Shown here in pieces: positions 13,718-26,900 of a stretch of DNA of 64,000 bases (positions within the stretch are counted from its first letter, which is position 1; each line of letters opens with the position of its first letter). A program made the position numbers and the translations under genes. Source of the stretch: Epiperipatus broadwayi (Eukaryota > Animalia > Onychophora); contig JAQFVV010000003.1 of NCBI GenBank assembly GCA_028023455.1, positions 6,696,001 to 6,760,000 of the forward strand, read 5' to 3'. The notes under the pieces were generated by a model. It made no database searches. It had not been told where the DNA came from and saw only the letters and a program-made list of their open reading frames with translations.

Positions 13718-15136
13718 ATAGGTATGACATACCCAAAATCTTAAATTTTACATTAAAGATCAGAATTTACTTCGTTTTCCATTTTAATTATACGTCCTAA
13801 TTAAGACAATGTTAACAACAATAGGTAGTTGCGATTCTGAGAGTAACCTTACATGCACCAACGCTTTTTCATAAAGTAAGCTAATTGGCATTATGAAATG
13901 CCTGTGAAAAGATTACAAATGGAGTTCATAAAAAATTCTATTTTTTACAATTATGATATGTCTTTTGGACTAAAAATTTAAAAAAAAAAATTATTATAAT
14001 TTGTATTACAATTTAATTATTGCTCGATTCAAAGTAATATAATTTTTTTATTATACTTCCCTTCATCAAAAAAAAGAAAAAGCAGAAAACACTCTCCTTC
14101 CGATGATGATGATAATAATAATATATGAATTTCATTTCATATATATAAGTTTTTTAACAAATAAAAAGTAAACTTTTGTTACAAATAGTAAAAAGAATAA
14201 TTTAAAATATTCATTAGTTTGTTATAATGGCATTAGTATCATTTTAAGTAGTCATTTATAAACAAGTATGACAATTCTAACTCCAGAAAAAAAATAAAAA
14301 GATAAAACTAAGTTTCACACCATTGTAGGTCAATGAATGAGTGAGTCCTAAATACAATCTCATGCTGAATCTTTATTTGACTTCTCTCTTTTCAACTTCT
14401 TCTGCAGCATACTCTAATTCTAGCTCTCTATTATACTATATTCTAAGCCATATGAAAGCAGTCAGTATGGCATTTATTTAAAATGTCTTTGGGGTGAGTT
14501 TATAATAAAAATAGAGGGTGCCTCTTTCATAAAGTTCATACTCAAATTCAACTTCACCATAAAATACTTTTTGGAAAGTTACTTTTAACTCATATGTCTT
14601 TATGTCAATAGATTTAATAGTATTAAACTCTGCAACCTGAAAATCAAACTGAATTGTCTTACAATCTTACCATAATATTTTTAGATTCTTGCAAGCATCT
14701 TTAATAACAAAATTTCCAGTACCCTTATATTATATTGTTAGGTGTCTCATTTCGATATAATGTATTGGGCAAAATAACACTTACATACTCAATTATTACA
14801 ACTCTGTTTATAAAAACAAAACTTCATGCATTCACTACTTTAATAATAATATTAGAAAAATATATTAAAGATGATCACAGATTGTTTATTAAGATAGAAA
14901 TAAACTTAAGTATAGATAAATATATCATTAATTTAATCTCATTCTTTTTTTTTCTCCCATATGCAAAATCTTAAATACACTTTCAAAGTTGCATCTTTTT
15001 TTATATACTTAATATGAATAAAAATAATTGAAATATGAAAATGATCCTATTTGATATCTTATATTTTTTGTCTAGATGTTATATATATATATAAATGACA
15101 TTATCTGGGTTCAGCTATGTATAGTTTTTATTACTA

Positions 15137-15171
15137 ATGTACCAATGTTTCAGTTGGGTCACATCAGCCAT
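15137..15171 (-). ncRNA. Degenerate hammerhead-like motif downstream of the Penelope ORF
   Basis: Minus strand: ATGG CTGATGT GACCCAACT GAAA CATTGG TA CAT. The core-like blocks are in the right order, stem II is weak, and stem I pairs only if one C was lost. It lies ~140 bp 3' of the ORF stop. Confidence 0.35.
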
Positions 15172-15311
15172 CATGGATATTATAAAAAAAAACAATTGTA
15201 GAGATTCTGTAAACATTGATGTATAACAAGATTGAAATATTTCATTAATAAAAAACAGGATTTTAAAAATTTCAAAAATATAAAGTTGGGGGTTGAAAAA
15301 TAGGGAAATAA

Positions 15312-16070
15312 TCAGAAGCTATTCAGCTTAATGGATTTTAAGGAATGTTTCCAAATAGAAGGAAATTTACATGAGTCTTCACATTTGTTAATACAATTTA
15401 GCCTCTTAAGGATTTCCATGACTTCTTCGATCTTACATTGGTGGAGAGGGTTACATCTGAATACGATCCTGCTATTAAAGAAATCAGTATTATGACTCAT
15501 AACCATAACATGAAGTCAAACTGCTGATGATGATAAATGCTGCTTAACTGCATTAGCATATTTATCTCCTCAAATGCTGATGTGATGATTGCTCATACCC
15601 ACATAAGAGGCTCCACAAACTCAACATGAGATTTTTATAAACTCCATAGGCTTCAATGGGACCTGAGTCCTTAGATTTGGAGTGAATGTTATCAATATTT
15701 TGTTTAGTAATACATTCTGCTTTTATATCACAACATTTTAGAATATACCCAATACTATCTATAGTTCCTTTTATAACATAAATACAGACTATAATAGTTG
15801 TAGTTCTTTCTTCACTTGGTTTCTTATTATGATTATTATGGGTTTGAATTAAAACTTGGTGTAATTTCTTTATTATAACCACTACCCAATAAGGCATTAA
15901 TTGCATAATCTACTTCTTCTTCCAGATATGATTTATCTGAAATATTAAATGCACTAATGTCAAGAGTTTTGGCTATAAAAAAGATTGGAGCAGGATGGTG
16001 ATAGAATAAAAATTATAGGTATCTGTCTGTGTTTTAATTTTTCTGAAGTGGAAAAAGATAAAAGATTATT
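15312..16070 (-). mobile_element. Penelope-like retroelement fragment (RT C-terminus + GIY-YIG endonuclease), pseudogenised
   Basis: Stitched minus-strand frames: KIKTQTDTYNFYS/HHPAPIFFIAKTLDISAFNISDKSYLEEEVDYAINALLGSGY ... YVIKGTIDSIGYILK ... SKD..PIEAYGVYK/ISC*VCGASYVG ... SSAV*LH..MSHNTDFFNSRIV...KIEEVMEILK..CINKCEDSCKFPSIW*. These match the PLE TDxY..F.S.HP motif, the RA..I...L..E...NGY block and the GVY-CxxC-YVG (GIY-YIG) block. Stops and frameshifts are present. Confidence 0.8.
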
Positions 16071-16529
16071 CTATTTTTTTTTTGATGACACATCAAAAAA
16101 GGGAGGCTTCCCATAACTCTCTTTTTTCATTATAAATTTAATATTATAATGAAAATTGTTTATATGTGAGAAAAAAAATCATATAATTTATCTTTATAAA
16201 TTTTATATGAAGTTTGTGAATCTTCTTACATGGGCGCATCAGTACTAGAAAAGATGAACAAGCACTTTCATTCCATGGTATGAATATGGGTCATAATATT
16301 GATTTCTCTAACACCAGAATGCTATCCAGATAAAACACTGTCCAGATTGTATTAATAAACATGATCACAAATGTAACATTTCTTCTATTTATAAATTTTT
16401 TTTTAAAAACCATTAAACTGAATAGCTTCTGACCCCCCCCCCTATATTATTCAACCCCCACCTTTATATTTTAAAAAAAAATTATATTTGTTTTTTATTG
16501 ATGAAACTTTTCAATTTTGTTATATACCA

Positions 16530-16840
16530 ATGGAAAAAAATCAGTTTGATGACTAAAATAACAAAGGAAGAAGTTTTGAAAATAGTAAATAAAAAAAAAA
16601 TTGATTGAAGAAAATAGAAAGAGAAACTAAATTGAACATATATTAAGCTGAAGGTATAGTTTAATAAAAGATGTTTTGGAGGGAATGGTGAGTGGAAACA
16701 AAAAGAAAAAAGTTGGATAATATAGGAGATGGGAAGTTACATAAAATTGTGGGCAATGAAGAGAGAATGGAATGAAAAAATAGATGAATTGATGATATGA
16801 CTACTCTCTGGACTTGTCCAAGGGACTGAATACTTCAATG
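16530..16840 (+). mobile_element. 3' remnant of an RTE-clade LINE
   Basis: WKKISLMTKITKEEVLKIVNKK ... IEHILS*RYSLIKDVLEGMVSG resembles the RTE C-terminus (KISW.DKITNEEVL ... IGHILR ... EG.V.G). Confidence 0.55.
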
Positions 16841-17625
16841 CTTAGAGTGCCTCTTCAACCATTTTTTAATAATAATATTCATATCCCAGTAATGACTGGT
16901 ATGACCCAGAAAAACTTAGATACACTAGTACTATAAATTATATAGACAAACCAAGATAATATATTTGTAACTGTAGCCTGTGAAAATCTTCATTTTAACC
17001 TATATGTATATTACAATAATTTTCCAATATTATTACCATTGTAATTTCAAAGAGAAAGATGGATAAAATTGTCTTAAAACAACAAAATAAAAGTAATAAA
17101 GAATGGGATTCTCTTGATTGATAATGCTTAGTTAAAATGAAGCATGAAAATTAAATTTAAAAAAATAAAGTAATAGCAGTAATATTTTATTCATAAAAGT
17201 GACTTGCTGCAAGGCAAAAAATAACATTTATAAAATTGTGTAAATCTTAAAAATTATATTCAAATTTCTATTCAATGAACATTAACATAGGGAGGGGTTA
17301 AAAATAAACCATTTATACCTTTTTTTAGAAATGAGGAAGGAAAATACTTAAACATGAGTTTTAAAAATCAGAAAAGAATTTTTGTATTTAAAAAAACAAA
17401 CAATAAAAATATATTTTATAAATCTGGTTTAATTAATAGTTTAGTTTTATGTTGATCAAAAAAAAAAACATCCAATTAAGAGTAATTACCAGATTTGATT
17501 TAAACTGGAATAAAGAAAAAAAAATAACTAATTAGTGTCTATTAATAGAGGAAACAAAGCAGGAACAAAAAAATTAAAAAAGAACAAAAAATAAATAAAC
17601 TGACATTAGTGAAAGATTTATTCTC

Positions 17626-17759
17626 AAAGTGCATGCAAAGGTAAGGGTTGGTAGCCAAGAGGTCAGTGCATCTGCCTTGCAATCAAGCAGTTGCTTGCAG
17701 ACAGTTATCGTGGGTTCGCTTCTCGGCTGATGCTTTGACATATGAAAAAGTGCATGCAA
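17626..17759 (+). pseudogene. tRNA-like retroposed insert (108 bp) with 13-bp direct repeats
   Basis: AAAGTGCATGCAA at 17626-17638 and 17747-17759 flanks a GC-richer insert with an A-box-like TAGCCAAGAGG, a TCTGC/GCAGA stem around CTTGCAA plus extra bases, and a B-box-like GGGTTCGCTTC. The acceptor and T stems pair poorly. Confidence 0.55.
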
Positions 17760-20072
17760 GTAGAAGAAAAAAGATGTGGATCGAGACTTGAAGTATAAAG
17801 TAAAGTATCATGTAGCTAAAATCAAAAAAACTGACCAAGTTTTCAAGTTATAACAATTGCCTGTCACTATTCTAAGTCCATGAATGATATTTACTTTCAG
17901 AGAGTACATCTTTAAAAATACTTCTTATATTAAATTTAAGCACAGCTTTGTTGATAAACTTTTATATGGTGGAAATGATGATAGTCATCTGCTAAATCAA
18001 AGTGCAGCAGTTGAAGTTTAAATAATGTTGTTTCTCCAACAACCAAAATTATCAGCAATGGAGATGGAATAAATCATAACTTTATTTTACTACAGAAGAA
18101 CAATTCCATTACTGCTTACAGTTATATAAGCCACCTATTGAAGGAGAAGATTATCGATGTTAGAAAGGAATCAACATGAAGTAGCCAGCAGATATAAACT
18201 TAATTTTAAATAATATTGTAAATACAAACTGTTTATTTTTGGGTTACCAATGAAGGCATAAAAAGGATATTTATGATAGTAAGCTTACTGAATTACTAAA
18301 CTAGCCATAATAAGACCTTTTTTCATTTTATATACTTGTAAATAAGAGACCTCAATAATCAAAACATTTTAAAATATTTTGTTTTATATAAATATTTTGT
18401 GTAAATATTATCAAGTTTTTTTATAGTTATGAGTATTAATATTATATATATATTGTTTGCATTGTTATCTGTATTTAATCATTATTAAATTTTATTATTT
18501 TTGTTATTCTATCAACAAACTGTTACGTTTATACTAAATGTGAATATATTGGATAGATAAGAAATTAAAGCCAGTATGAATTTTAATGCTGACCAGCATA
18601 CATTCTTTCTAATATAGTTGTTTAACAGGTTTATAACCATGTATAGATATATAATTTTAATGCTTATTCATTGATATTATCTTAAATAAACTATTTTTGT
18701 TATTTAACTTATTTAGTTGATTCATTAGTCTCATTCCAAATTTAGACATGAACAATACACTATAGAATGTGAAAAATCATATTCTGAACAGGGAGGAGGG
18801 GTTGTGATATTACTGGTGGAAATTGTGATAGTGTTGCCAAAAGATACTGATTCATAGATATTCTTTTTGAAAAAAAAAGTGGCCCTCTAAATTAGAATAT
18901 GGCATAGTTCAAGTCCTATCTATGAAAAAAATAATTATTGATGAAAATTGTGACTCTCTAAGAAATTATTTGACATATGATGATCAGAAAACATAACATG
19001 GATATCTTTTATAAAGCAGTGTTATATAAGAGGTGCTGCATGTTTTGATCATTGTTATCAATCTCAATTACACTTAATTAAAAAAACTTAAGATTTGATT
19101 AGTCTTTTTTAAACTGACAGCTCATAAAATGATTATCAGATAATCTAGTTACACGTTGAATGTATTCATCTGTGAATGTAGATACTTGTCATCAGAAGAG
19201 GAGGCACCATCATGTTTATGATACAATATATATATAATTATTGTTGAGAAATGAAAGTTTTAAAATATATCATATATATATATCATTACTTTAGTATGTA
19301 AGTGCATTTATTTAATCTGAATTTGGCTAAGGGTCATGATGTGATTTGTTTTATGTTGGTGCAATTCCACAAATGAAGAAAAAGAAACAACAAATTCTTC
19401 TGAAGGAAGAGAGATCCAATTAACAAAAAAAAATATTTAATGCCAATACAGTAAAAAAATGCTTTCACTTGATTTATAAATTTAAAAAAGAGATTTTTGA
19501 GCATCTAAGATAATATTTCCTACTGTTCCATGGTTAGATTAGATGGCAAGTAGCAAAAGACCATAATTAGAATGATGTACAGAATCATATTCAGTGAAAA
19601 AATGTTGAGTTATAATTTGACAATTAATAAGTAGAGTAGTGAAGAATTGTTGAAATACACAATATTTGTTAAACTTCCAAAATTCAACTAATCAACTAGA
19701 AAATTTTCTGATAATACATCAAATGATTTTGGATTTTCAAAAAAAAAAAGACCAGTATCTCTGCCTTTCTCTAATGATTATATTAGAAAAGAATATACAC
19801 TTGTATGTACACAATTAGTTATAAATCAAATGTCAACAATTAACTGGTTTTCATATATAAACCATTACTTAAAATGCAAAGCTTAAATAAACTAAGAGAA
19901 TATCAATGATGTACTGTCAGGGTAATCTCAATGTAAGAATAATTCATCTTTTATTTATTGAGACCACTTTTATAATAGATTATTGATATTACACTTTGAT
20001 GTTGTGACATGATTTACATAATTAACTATTCATATATTAATATAGTGCTAATGCCACATTGTTTACTGTGAT

Positions 20073-20130
20073 GGGTTTTATGGCATAATGGTTAGTACAC
20101 ACCACATGCCAATCTGGGTTTGAGTCTGAT
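20073..20130 (+). mobile_element. Degenerate tRNA-derived SINE head
   Basis: A-box-like TGGCATAATGG (20081-20091) and B-box-like GGTTTGAGTC (~20117-20126) at tRNA-like spacing. Confidence 0.3.
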
Positions 20131-21727
20131 CTTTTTTTACAAAGATGGCTCATAAATATCTCAACTAGACATCCAGTCAATAGTTAATAAATGGGTATGT
20201 AGTTATTATTAGTTTGAGATATAGGTATCTATTTAATATGAATTGATTACATGAGTGTAGAAAACTGGGGACATGTCCAATAAGAGTTGAGCTCATAGTT
20301 TGTTTATCTTTTTTGTTGTTGAATTCAGTTTCTAAATATGTAAAATGTTTTGAGCAAAAGTGCAAAAAGCTTATGGACTTTTAATTAAAAATTTAAGTTA
20401 ATGCTAAGAATGATGATGATGAATTTATTTTTTATCTATGATCATAATTATGTCTGTAGAAAATACTGATATCATCTCTACTTGATTATATTTATTGCTT
20501 TTTCAAATTAATTTCTGATTTTGATGATGAACATATAATTTTCATAATCTGAAATGTTTAGATTAACTTAGGAAACCTGTATTACAGATAAAATTGCAAA
20601 AATACTTAATAAGTCAAAAAAACAAGTGAAGTGTCTTTCCAGTGATTAATGAACAAGTTATTATATTTAGATAACTGGACTTAGCAGTAAATGTAATAAT
20701 ATTAAGTGAAAATCTATTTCATCATAATAAGACACCAGACAAAGATTTTAGAGTATTCATTGAAAACTTCTTTAATGGAAGAATCCTCGTTCCATTTGAA
20801 TGTTATTTACATTTTGGGTTTTTTGTTTGGCAATTAATCTACCTGTAATACAATTTGCGATTATGAAAATGTATTGCTTATACAGCCTATTTTATTGGCA
20901 AAGATGCAAGAAGATTTTGTATTGCTTTGGTGAATTTAAATCTGTATCTTCAGATCAATAACAACTGAAATTTTTGTTTGATTTTCTCCTAACATATAAA
21001 CTACATGAAAAATGGTCAAGCATTGCTATGTAAAGAGTATCGATTAAAGGTTTATTAAGAAAAAGCTAATTAAATTTAAAATTATTTAAATTCCTCAAAA
21101 AAAGTTTGCATGTGTAATATTAATTTCATTAGTGTATGAATTATTTGACCAAAAGTGAATTATTTTGAATTTTTGATATAATAAATTTTGTCAAATTAAT
21201 ATTCTTTTTCAGTTGTTACTCATGGCCAAAAAGAATACATTATCTAAGAAGGTCTTAGCTAGAAATAAAGATATATAATTTATTGTATAAAATAATTTTG
21301 ATTTGTGATGGTGACTAAACAATAAACAAATAAGACAACAAAAGTTGTAGAATGTAGACATTTTCAAAAGCCTCTCTCTAATAATTACATGACCTAACTT
21401 TTGTTAATTAATTTCAGCTATAATAGAGCCATTGCTAATGCAATGAAGGAAATATAGTGTTTCTATATGTAAAAGAATAGTAAAATAGAAAGATTATCTG
21501 TGACAGTAAAACAGAATCTTTATCATTCATTATATCTATTATTGTATCTTAATTCAATATCAAAGATGTTTTTGCTCTTTCCTAGTTAATTATAATATTC
21601 ATATTAACTAATGTGTTAACTGAGAAGAAAATGTTTCCTTTATCAGAGTTGTCTCCAATACATAAAATAATTATTTAAAGGATCATTAATATAAAGCAGA
21701 TGACATTATTATTTTTAAAAATCTAAG

Positions 21728-21953
21728 TACTCTTAATGTTAAACAGGCAAAACTCTTCATACAGTAGTGCCACCCTGTGCCAACCAGAGTAATCAATGGA
21801 AGCCAGAAGGCTTGTGCATAAAATTCCCATCCAGCAACTACCCATCCAATATCTCCAAACTAGTTTCTGGCTTGTGGTCTTCGTCAGTGAGGAGCCTTGG
21901 ATCTGAGAGCACTGCACCTAGATCTTATGATCATGTGATACTCTTAATGTTAA
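21728..21953 (-). mobile_element. Family-2 non-autonomous element (196 bp) with HHR motif and 15-bp TSD
   Basis: TACTCTTAATGTTAA at 21728-21742 and 21939-21953 flanks the element 21743-21938. It has no poly(A) tail and contains an HHR motif at 21853-21894. Confidence 0.85.
21853..21894 (-). ncRNA. Type I hammerhead ribozyme motif (partly decayed)
   Basis: Minus strand: CTCCTCA CTGACGA AGACCACAAGCCA GAAA CTAG TT TGGAG. The CUGANGA and GAAA blocks are canonical and stem III (CUAG) is palindromic; stems I and II are imperfect. Confidence 0.6.
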
Positions 21954-24900
21954 TATTTAGTTTATTATTTTATTTTTTTATCTTTAATATTTGGGGCTGA
22001 TTCTGGATAGAACATTGGGGTGTTTTATTCACATTTGCCCTGTTGCATTGAGTAAACAGGGTTCCATGGACATTTGTTGAATTTTTATCATATTGTTGAT
22101 GATGTTTCAATAAATTATAATCTTATACTTGATTCTGTACTTTTAGACTAAAGTATAAATTTAACATTAGGATATTTTTCATGTGAAGTTTTGGAAGTAT
22201 TCATTTCAATTAATAATGTAGTTTTAATCAAGACAAAAAGAATATATATTTTAAATAATCTCAACAAATGAAACAACAGTTCTAGCTAAGTAGAACTAGT
22301 GCTCTCTCATATTTAAGTAAAATTAAATTTTTTAAAGACCTTCAATATTCATATTAGATGATCAAAATAGTCCAACATATAAATACAACTAAAACTCCAT
22401 CATCACAAATCTTCAAGAAAATACCAAGGTAAAAGTTCTTAAGTGGCGACTTTTAGGACAAAAACCTTTCTGAAAATCCTTCATAGAGACATTTACCAAA
22501 TTTTTCACTTGCTAGATAGTGAGATGTGAGTGATTTTTTTTTTCATTCTTGTTTTATTCTCTAGCTAAAAACAGATACATACATTTACTAATTTATGCTG
22601 AATAGATCTGATTGAAACTTTTTAAAATGATCAAGTTTTATGCTGCACAAATTTGAACTCAAAATCAAAAGCAAAGCAACAAATCTGACAATTACTATAC
22701 CACGAAGCCATGCATTCAATATGATATATCATTATTATTTATCACAAAATGCATTTATAGTTACCTTTCCACACACACGCACATACATGCATGCATACAA
22801 TAACAGCAATTTCCATATCTGTTGTTTTAGTTTTCTGTGATTTTATAAAAAATAAACAAATAAAAAATTAAAACATTAGAAATTATCAAAAACAAAAAAA
22901 TATTTTAAGGTGACTATTTTCTATAATCAGAATTCAGATATAATACCATTTCTGTTATCTGACCAATTAAAGATAATTATTTACACAGTTTTTCAAATAA
23001 AGTATTGATGTCGAAATTGGTGGTTAGCATGTAGCAATTATAATTCTATGGACATTTACTAAGGAAATCCTGTGATGTTCAAGTATCCAAATTTTATGTT
23101 ATGTAGAATAGTTTTGTTTAATTGGCCAAATTTATTTATTTTCTCCAACTAAGAATTGTTCAGCTTTTGAGTTAATTTATTAAAAAAACATAATTCACTG
23201 TTTACATTCTGTTTACCTTTACAAAAATTGCATAAATGTTAATGAGTATTTATAGAATATAAATTAATGTCATTCTGATGTGTTGAATTATCTTCATTAA
23301 TATTATAGCAGCATTTTGTACCCATTATGTTTATATTATAAAATATAACAAAAAGAGAATATATTGCTACACGTGATGTTTGAGGGCTAAAATTAGAAGA
23401 TTGAGCTATAAATTAAAAGTTTTTGACTTTCAATTCCATCCCTCTATGGTAAGCCTAATAACACAAGACAGGTATGTATTTTTCCCCACTAAAAATTAGT
23501 TATGTTATTATTAAACATTATATTCTAATAAGATTTAGAACACATTTAAATATGCAAGCAAACTTACACTTATAGTTTCTAATTATACCTTTACTGAAGA
23601 ATGCATTCAATCAGATTCTATAAGAAAAAGGCATTAAACCTACTGAAACTTATAAAATAAAAAGAGCACAATATGTATATGCCAAAATAAAATGATTCTT
23701 TTAACATATATTTCATTTGCTAGAAAAATTAATCCAATTCATGCCTTTCTATTCTAGCACCACTTATGCAAGAACAAGTAATAAATGGATCCCATTTTTC
23801 CAAAAGAGTTTCCACCTATTAGCTTCTGTTGATAAGTTTTTGCTGTGTGGTTCAGCTTGTAGCTTTACAACTAAGTGTGTTTAATTGGAAATCTTTCAAC
23901 CTATCAGCTTGATAAAATAATGCAAATGAAAGATGGATTATTATGAATTGTTACATTTTGATTAACCACAACTTTGATACAATCCACTCTAGATAAATAC
24001 ATTAATGATTATCATTAATCATTTATTAAACTAAAGATTATCTCTAGCCCAGATATAAACTTTAAATTTCAATTAAAAATTAATATGCTTGTTCTTTAAT
24101 TAAACACAAGTACATGAGTAATTAAACTTTAATTTCTCTTTTTCTATGTGGAATATCTTTTATATATATATACTTAATAACTTCCACATCTCCTAAAAAC
24201 AACTGATTCCCAAGATACATTTTATGCTCACATGTCTTTATTCTTATGAATATGGTGAAAGTGGTGTCATCTATTGAGGAAATCAATCAGAAATTAGACT
24301 ACAGTTTAGTTGATACTATTATTGAACATTCAGTGGTTGTTTTGTTTGTGTAGATAGTTCAAGAGACAAATGATGACTGCTATTAAACTACAAAGAAGTG
24401 TTATGAGATGAATAAATAAATATTTTTCTCAATTTCTTAAGTGATCTAACAATTTAAACTTTTATATCTATTTAAAGTTCAATAAGGTTATATTAAAAAA
24501 TAACCTTAAAATTGAATATGTTTTTTAATGGCTGTAGCAAATAAACCTGGCTTTACATTTTGAAATTCCTTCACAAACTAATTGCCTCAGTTCATTTTTA
24601 AATACAGTCCCCTCATATCCATGGCCAGTCTCAATATTCATAACTTCAACTCTTGGCATTTGTAATCATAAAACATCATAAGGAAGATGCTTTTATTATT
24701 TTTTTGAATTATACAAATTTCATCACAAAACAATGAAAAAGAAAGATACAAAAATTATAATTTTTATTATTATTTATTGATTTGAGAAAGAATGATGCCT
24801 TAATACATATAATTTGTTATAACATTTAAGAAGTTTACTGTAAGTTAGGCTTATGTTTAAACCAAACTTAAGTCTAATAGGTATATAAATTGATGATATA

Positions 24901-24989
24901 ACAATATTCTGACCAACAAAAAAGGTTACAATTATTATAAAGAATTTTAATACATTGTATAGGCTTAATACCTGCATTTATATATGTAA

Positions 24990-25280
24990 TATATGCAGGA
25001 TTCGAACTTAGATTTTCATACAACCCACAACTCTCAGTGCCATTTTATATTGCTGACTCACCTGATCACACACATGTTGAAAAGATAAATAATCACCAAT
25101 AAACATATTTCATGCTAAACCAGCACTCATCAGTTGGTCTAGAGTGCTAGTTTAGCACGAAATACGTATATTGGTGATTATTTATCTTTTCAACATGTGT
25201 GTGATCAGGTGGGTCAGCAATATAAGATGGCACTAAGAGTTGTGGTTCATGTGAAAGTCTGAGTTCAAATCCCACATATA
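24990..25280. mobile_element. Fold-back (inverted duplication) of family-1 HHR + B-box element
   Basis: ~140-bp arms (24990-25128 and 25142-25280) around a 13-nt loop. The outer ends carry GGATTCGAACT / GAGTTCAAATCCC (B-box-like); the inner ends carry the hammerhead. Confidence 0.9.
25095..25138 (-). ncRNA. Type I hammerhead ribozyme motif
   Basis: Minus strand: ACCAA CTGATGA GTGCT GGTTT AGCAT GAAA TATGTT TA TTGGT, with a 5-bp perfect stem I, an exact CUGAUGA/GAAA/UH core and a 5-bp stem II. The opposite arm (plus strand from 25142) keeps GTGCT AGTTT AGCAC GAAA TACGTA TA TTGGT with a palindromic stem III. Confidence 0.85.
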
Positions 25281-26732
25281 AACAATTTTAAAATAGTATA
25301 CATTATTAAAACTTGGATATTATTACAAGTCATAAATATGAAAATGTGACATCAATAATAATGGCATATGTTAACATGCAAAAGAATAATTTCTCTTCAT
25401 AATCATCTTTTAAGTAAATATTTAGGGTTAGAGTAAAAATAATTACAAAAAGCAAGAATTAAATAATATTAGGTTGCTAAAATCAAATTTTAGACTTTGC
25501 AGTATTAAGAATGTATAAATATTACAAAAATGTGATAATTTTGTTCAAAAATGTGATAGAAATAAAATTTATTAAGGTGAAATATAAATTAATTTTTTTT
25601 AAATTATATTATAAAAATATTTAAATTTATATGGGTTTATAATATAATTTTAAATATAAAAGTCAATTTTAAAAAAATCTAACTGATGTATTAACAAAAC
25701 TTATTTTGAAAAACAGGCAATTATCAAATTAAGATCTGTGACATGTTTATCCAAAAATATTGATATTGTAGACAATTTACTTATTATAAATAAAAGTAAT
25801 GACTGATTTATAATTCAAGTGATTTGAGTTATTCAAGTGTCATCAAATTATTATTGCAGGATTAAAGAGTTGCAGAGAGAAATCAGAAAAAAGTCTAATC
25901 CTATAACAGATTCAATTATATCATTATAAGTCATCTTTACTTCTAATCATGTTGTTTTACAAATTAATGTATAAAACTAATGGAATGATCAGCAAAAAGC
26001 ATTTTTTTTGGGTCTATTGTTTTTTTAAGTCACCTAACTTATAATCAGTGGAGGAAGAATAATCAGTTAAATCTCTCAGTATACTTAAGGAAGTAATCAT
26101 CATTACCTATTAAATGGTGATTATGGAAACATAATGACCTGTTTGAAATGAATTTGCTGTAACAAGATGTTGAATATCAAAAAAGATATAAAACATTAGT
26201 ATAAATTCTAAGGAAAACAGCAGTAAAAAGATATTTCATATGCAAAACCATCAAGATGGCCAACATTAAAAAAAAAAAACTAAATATGCAAGCATTATTA
26301 AAATTCTACCAAGTGCATGAACTACAAATATAACTTGTGGGTAAAAATTTAAATTTTATCAAATATAAAAGTATATAATTTATGAAAGTATTATTATTTA
26401 AATTTATTAACTTCAAATTTTTTTTCTTATAACTGTATTTATATTTGGTTTCTAAATTTAATATTTACTATCTTTTTAATGAATACTTCCATGCAACATT
26501 TATTGATTTGGCTTAAAAATCAAAATGCAGCATATACATACCTCATTAGTAACTTAATTAAAAACAGATTTAACTATGTTTTCCTTTTGAATAATTCAAA
26601 AGCAAAGTAATATATATATATATATATTTCTTATCCTTATTGACACTCTCATATATATATATATATTCTTATCCTTATTGACACTGACATATACATTAAA
26701 GATTACATAAAAATAAAACTCAAATATAGTAA

Positions 26733-26900
26733 ATGAGTACAAACCAAAGCTAGAAAGCTTCAAGGGCATTACCTGTATTTAGAAACACAAAGTCTGAATC
26801 ATGCACTTAGGTAAAATAAAATCCCCTAAGTTCAATGATTCACACTTTGTGTTTCTAAATACAGGTAGCACTATTGAAACTTTAATACTGATTTGTATTT
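26733..26900. repeat. Fold-back inverted repeat
   Basis: Core arms TACCTGTATTTAGAAACACAAAGTCTGAATCAT (26770-26802) and ATGATTCACACTTTGTGTTTCTAAATACAGGTA (26836-26868), with weaker pairing extending outward. Confidence 0.85.

Noticed and set aside
17639-17746. Functional tRNA-Ala(TGC) gene
   Set aside because: The acceptor and T stems have mismatches and multiple wobbles, the T-loop is non-consensus and the flanking direct repeats indicate a retrocopy.
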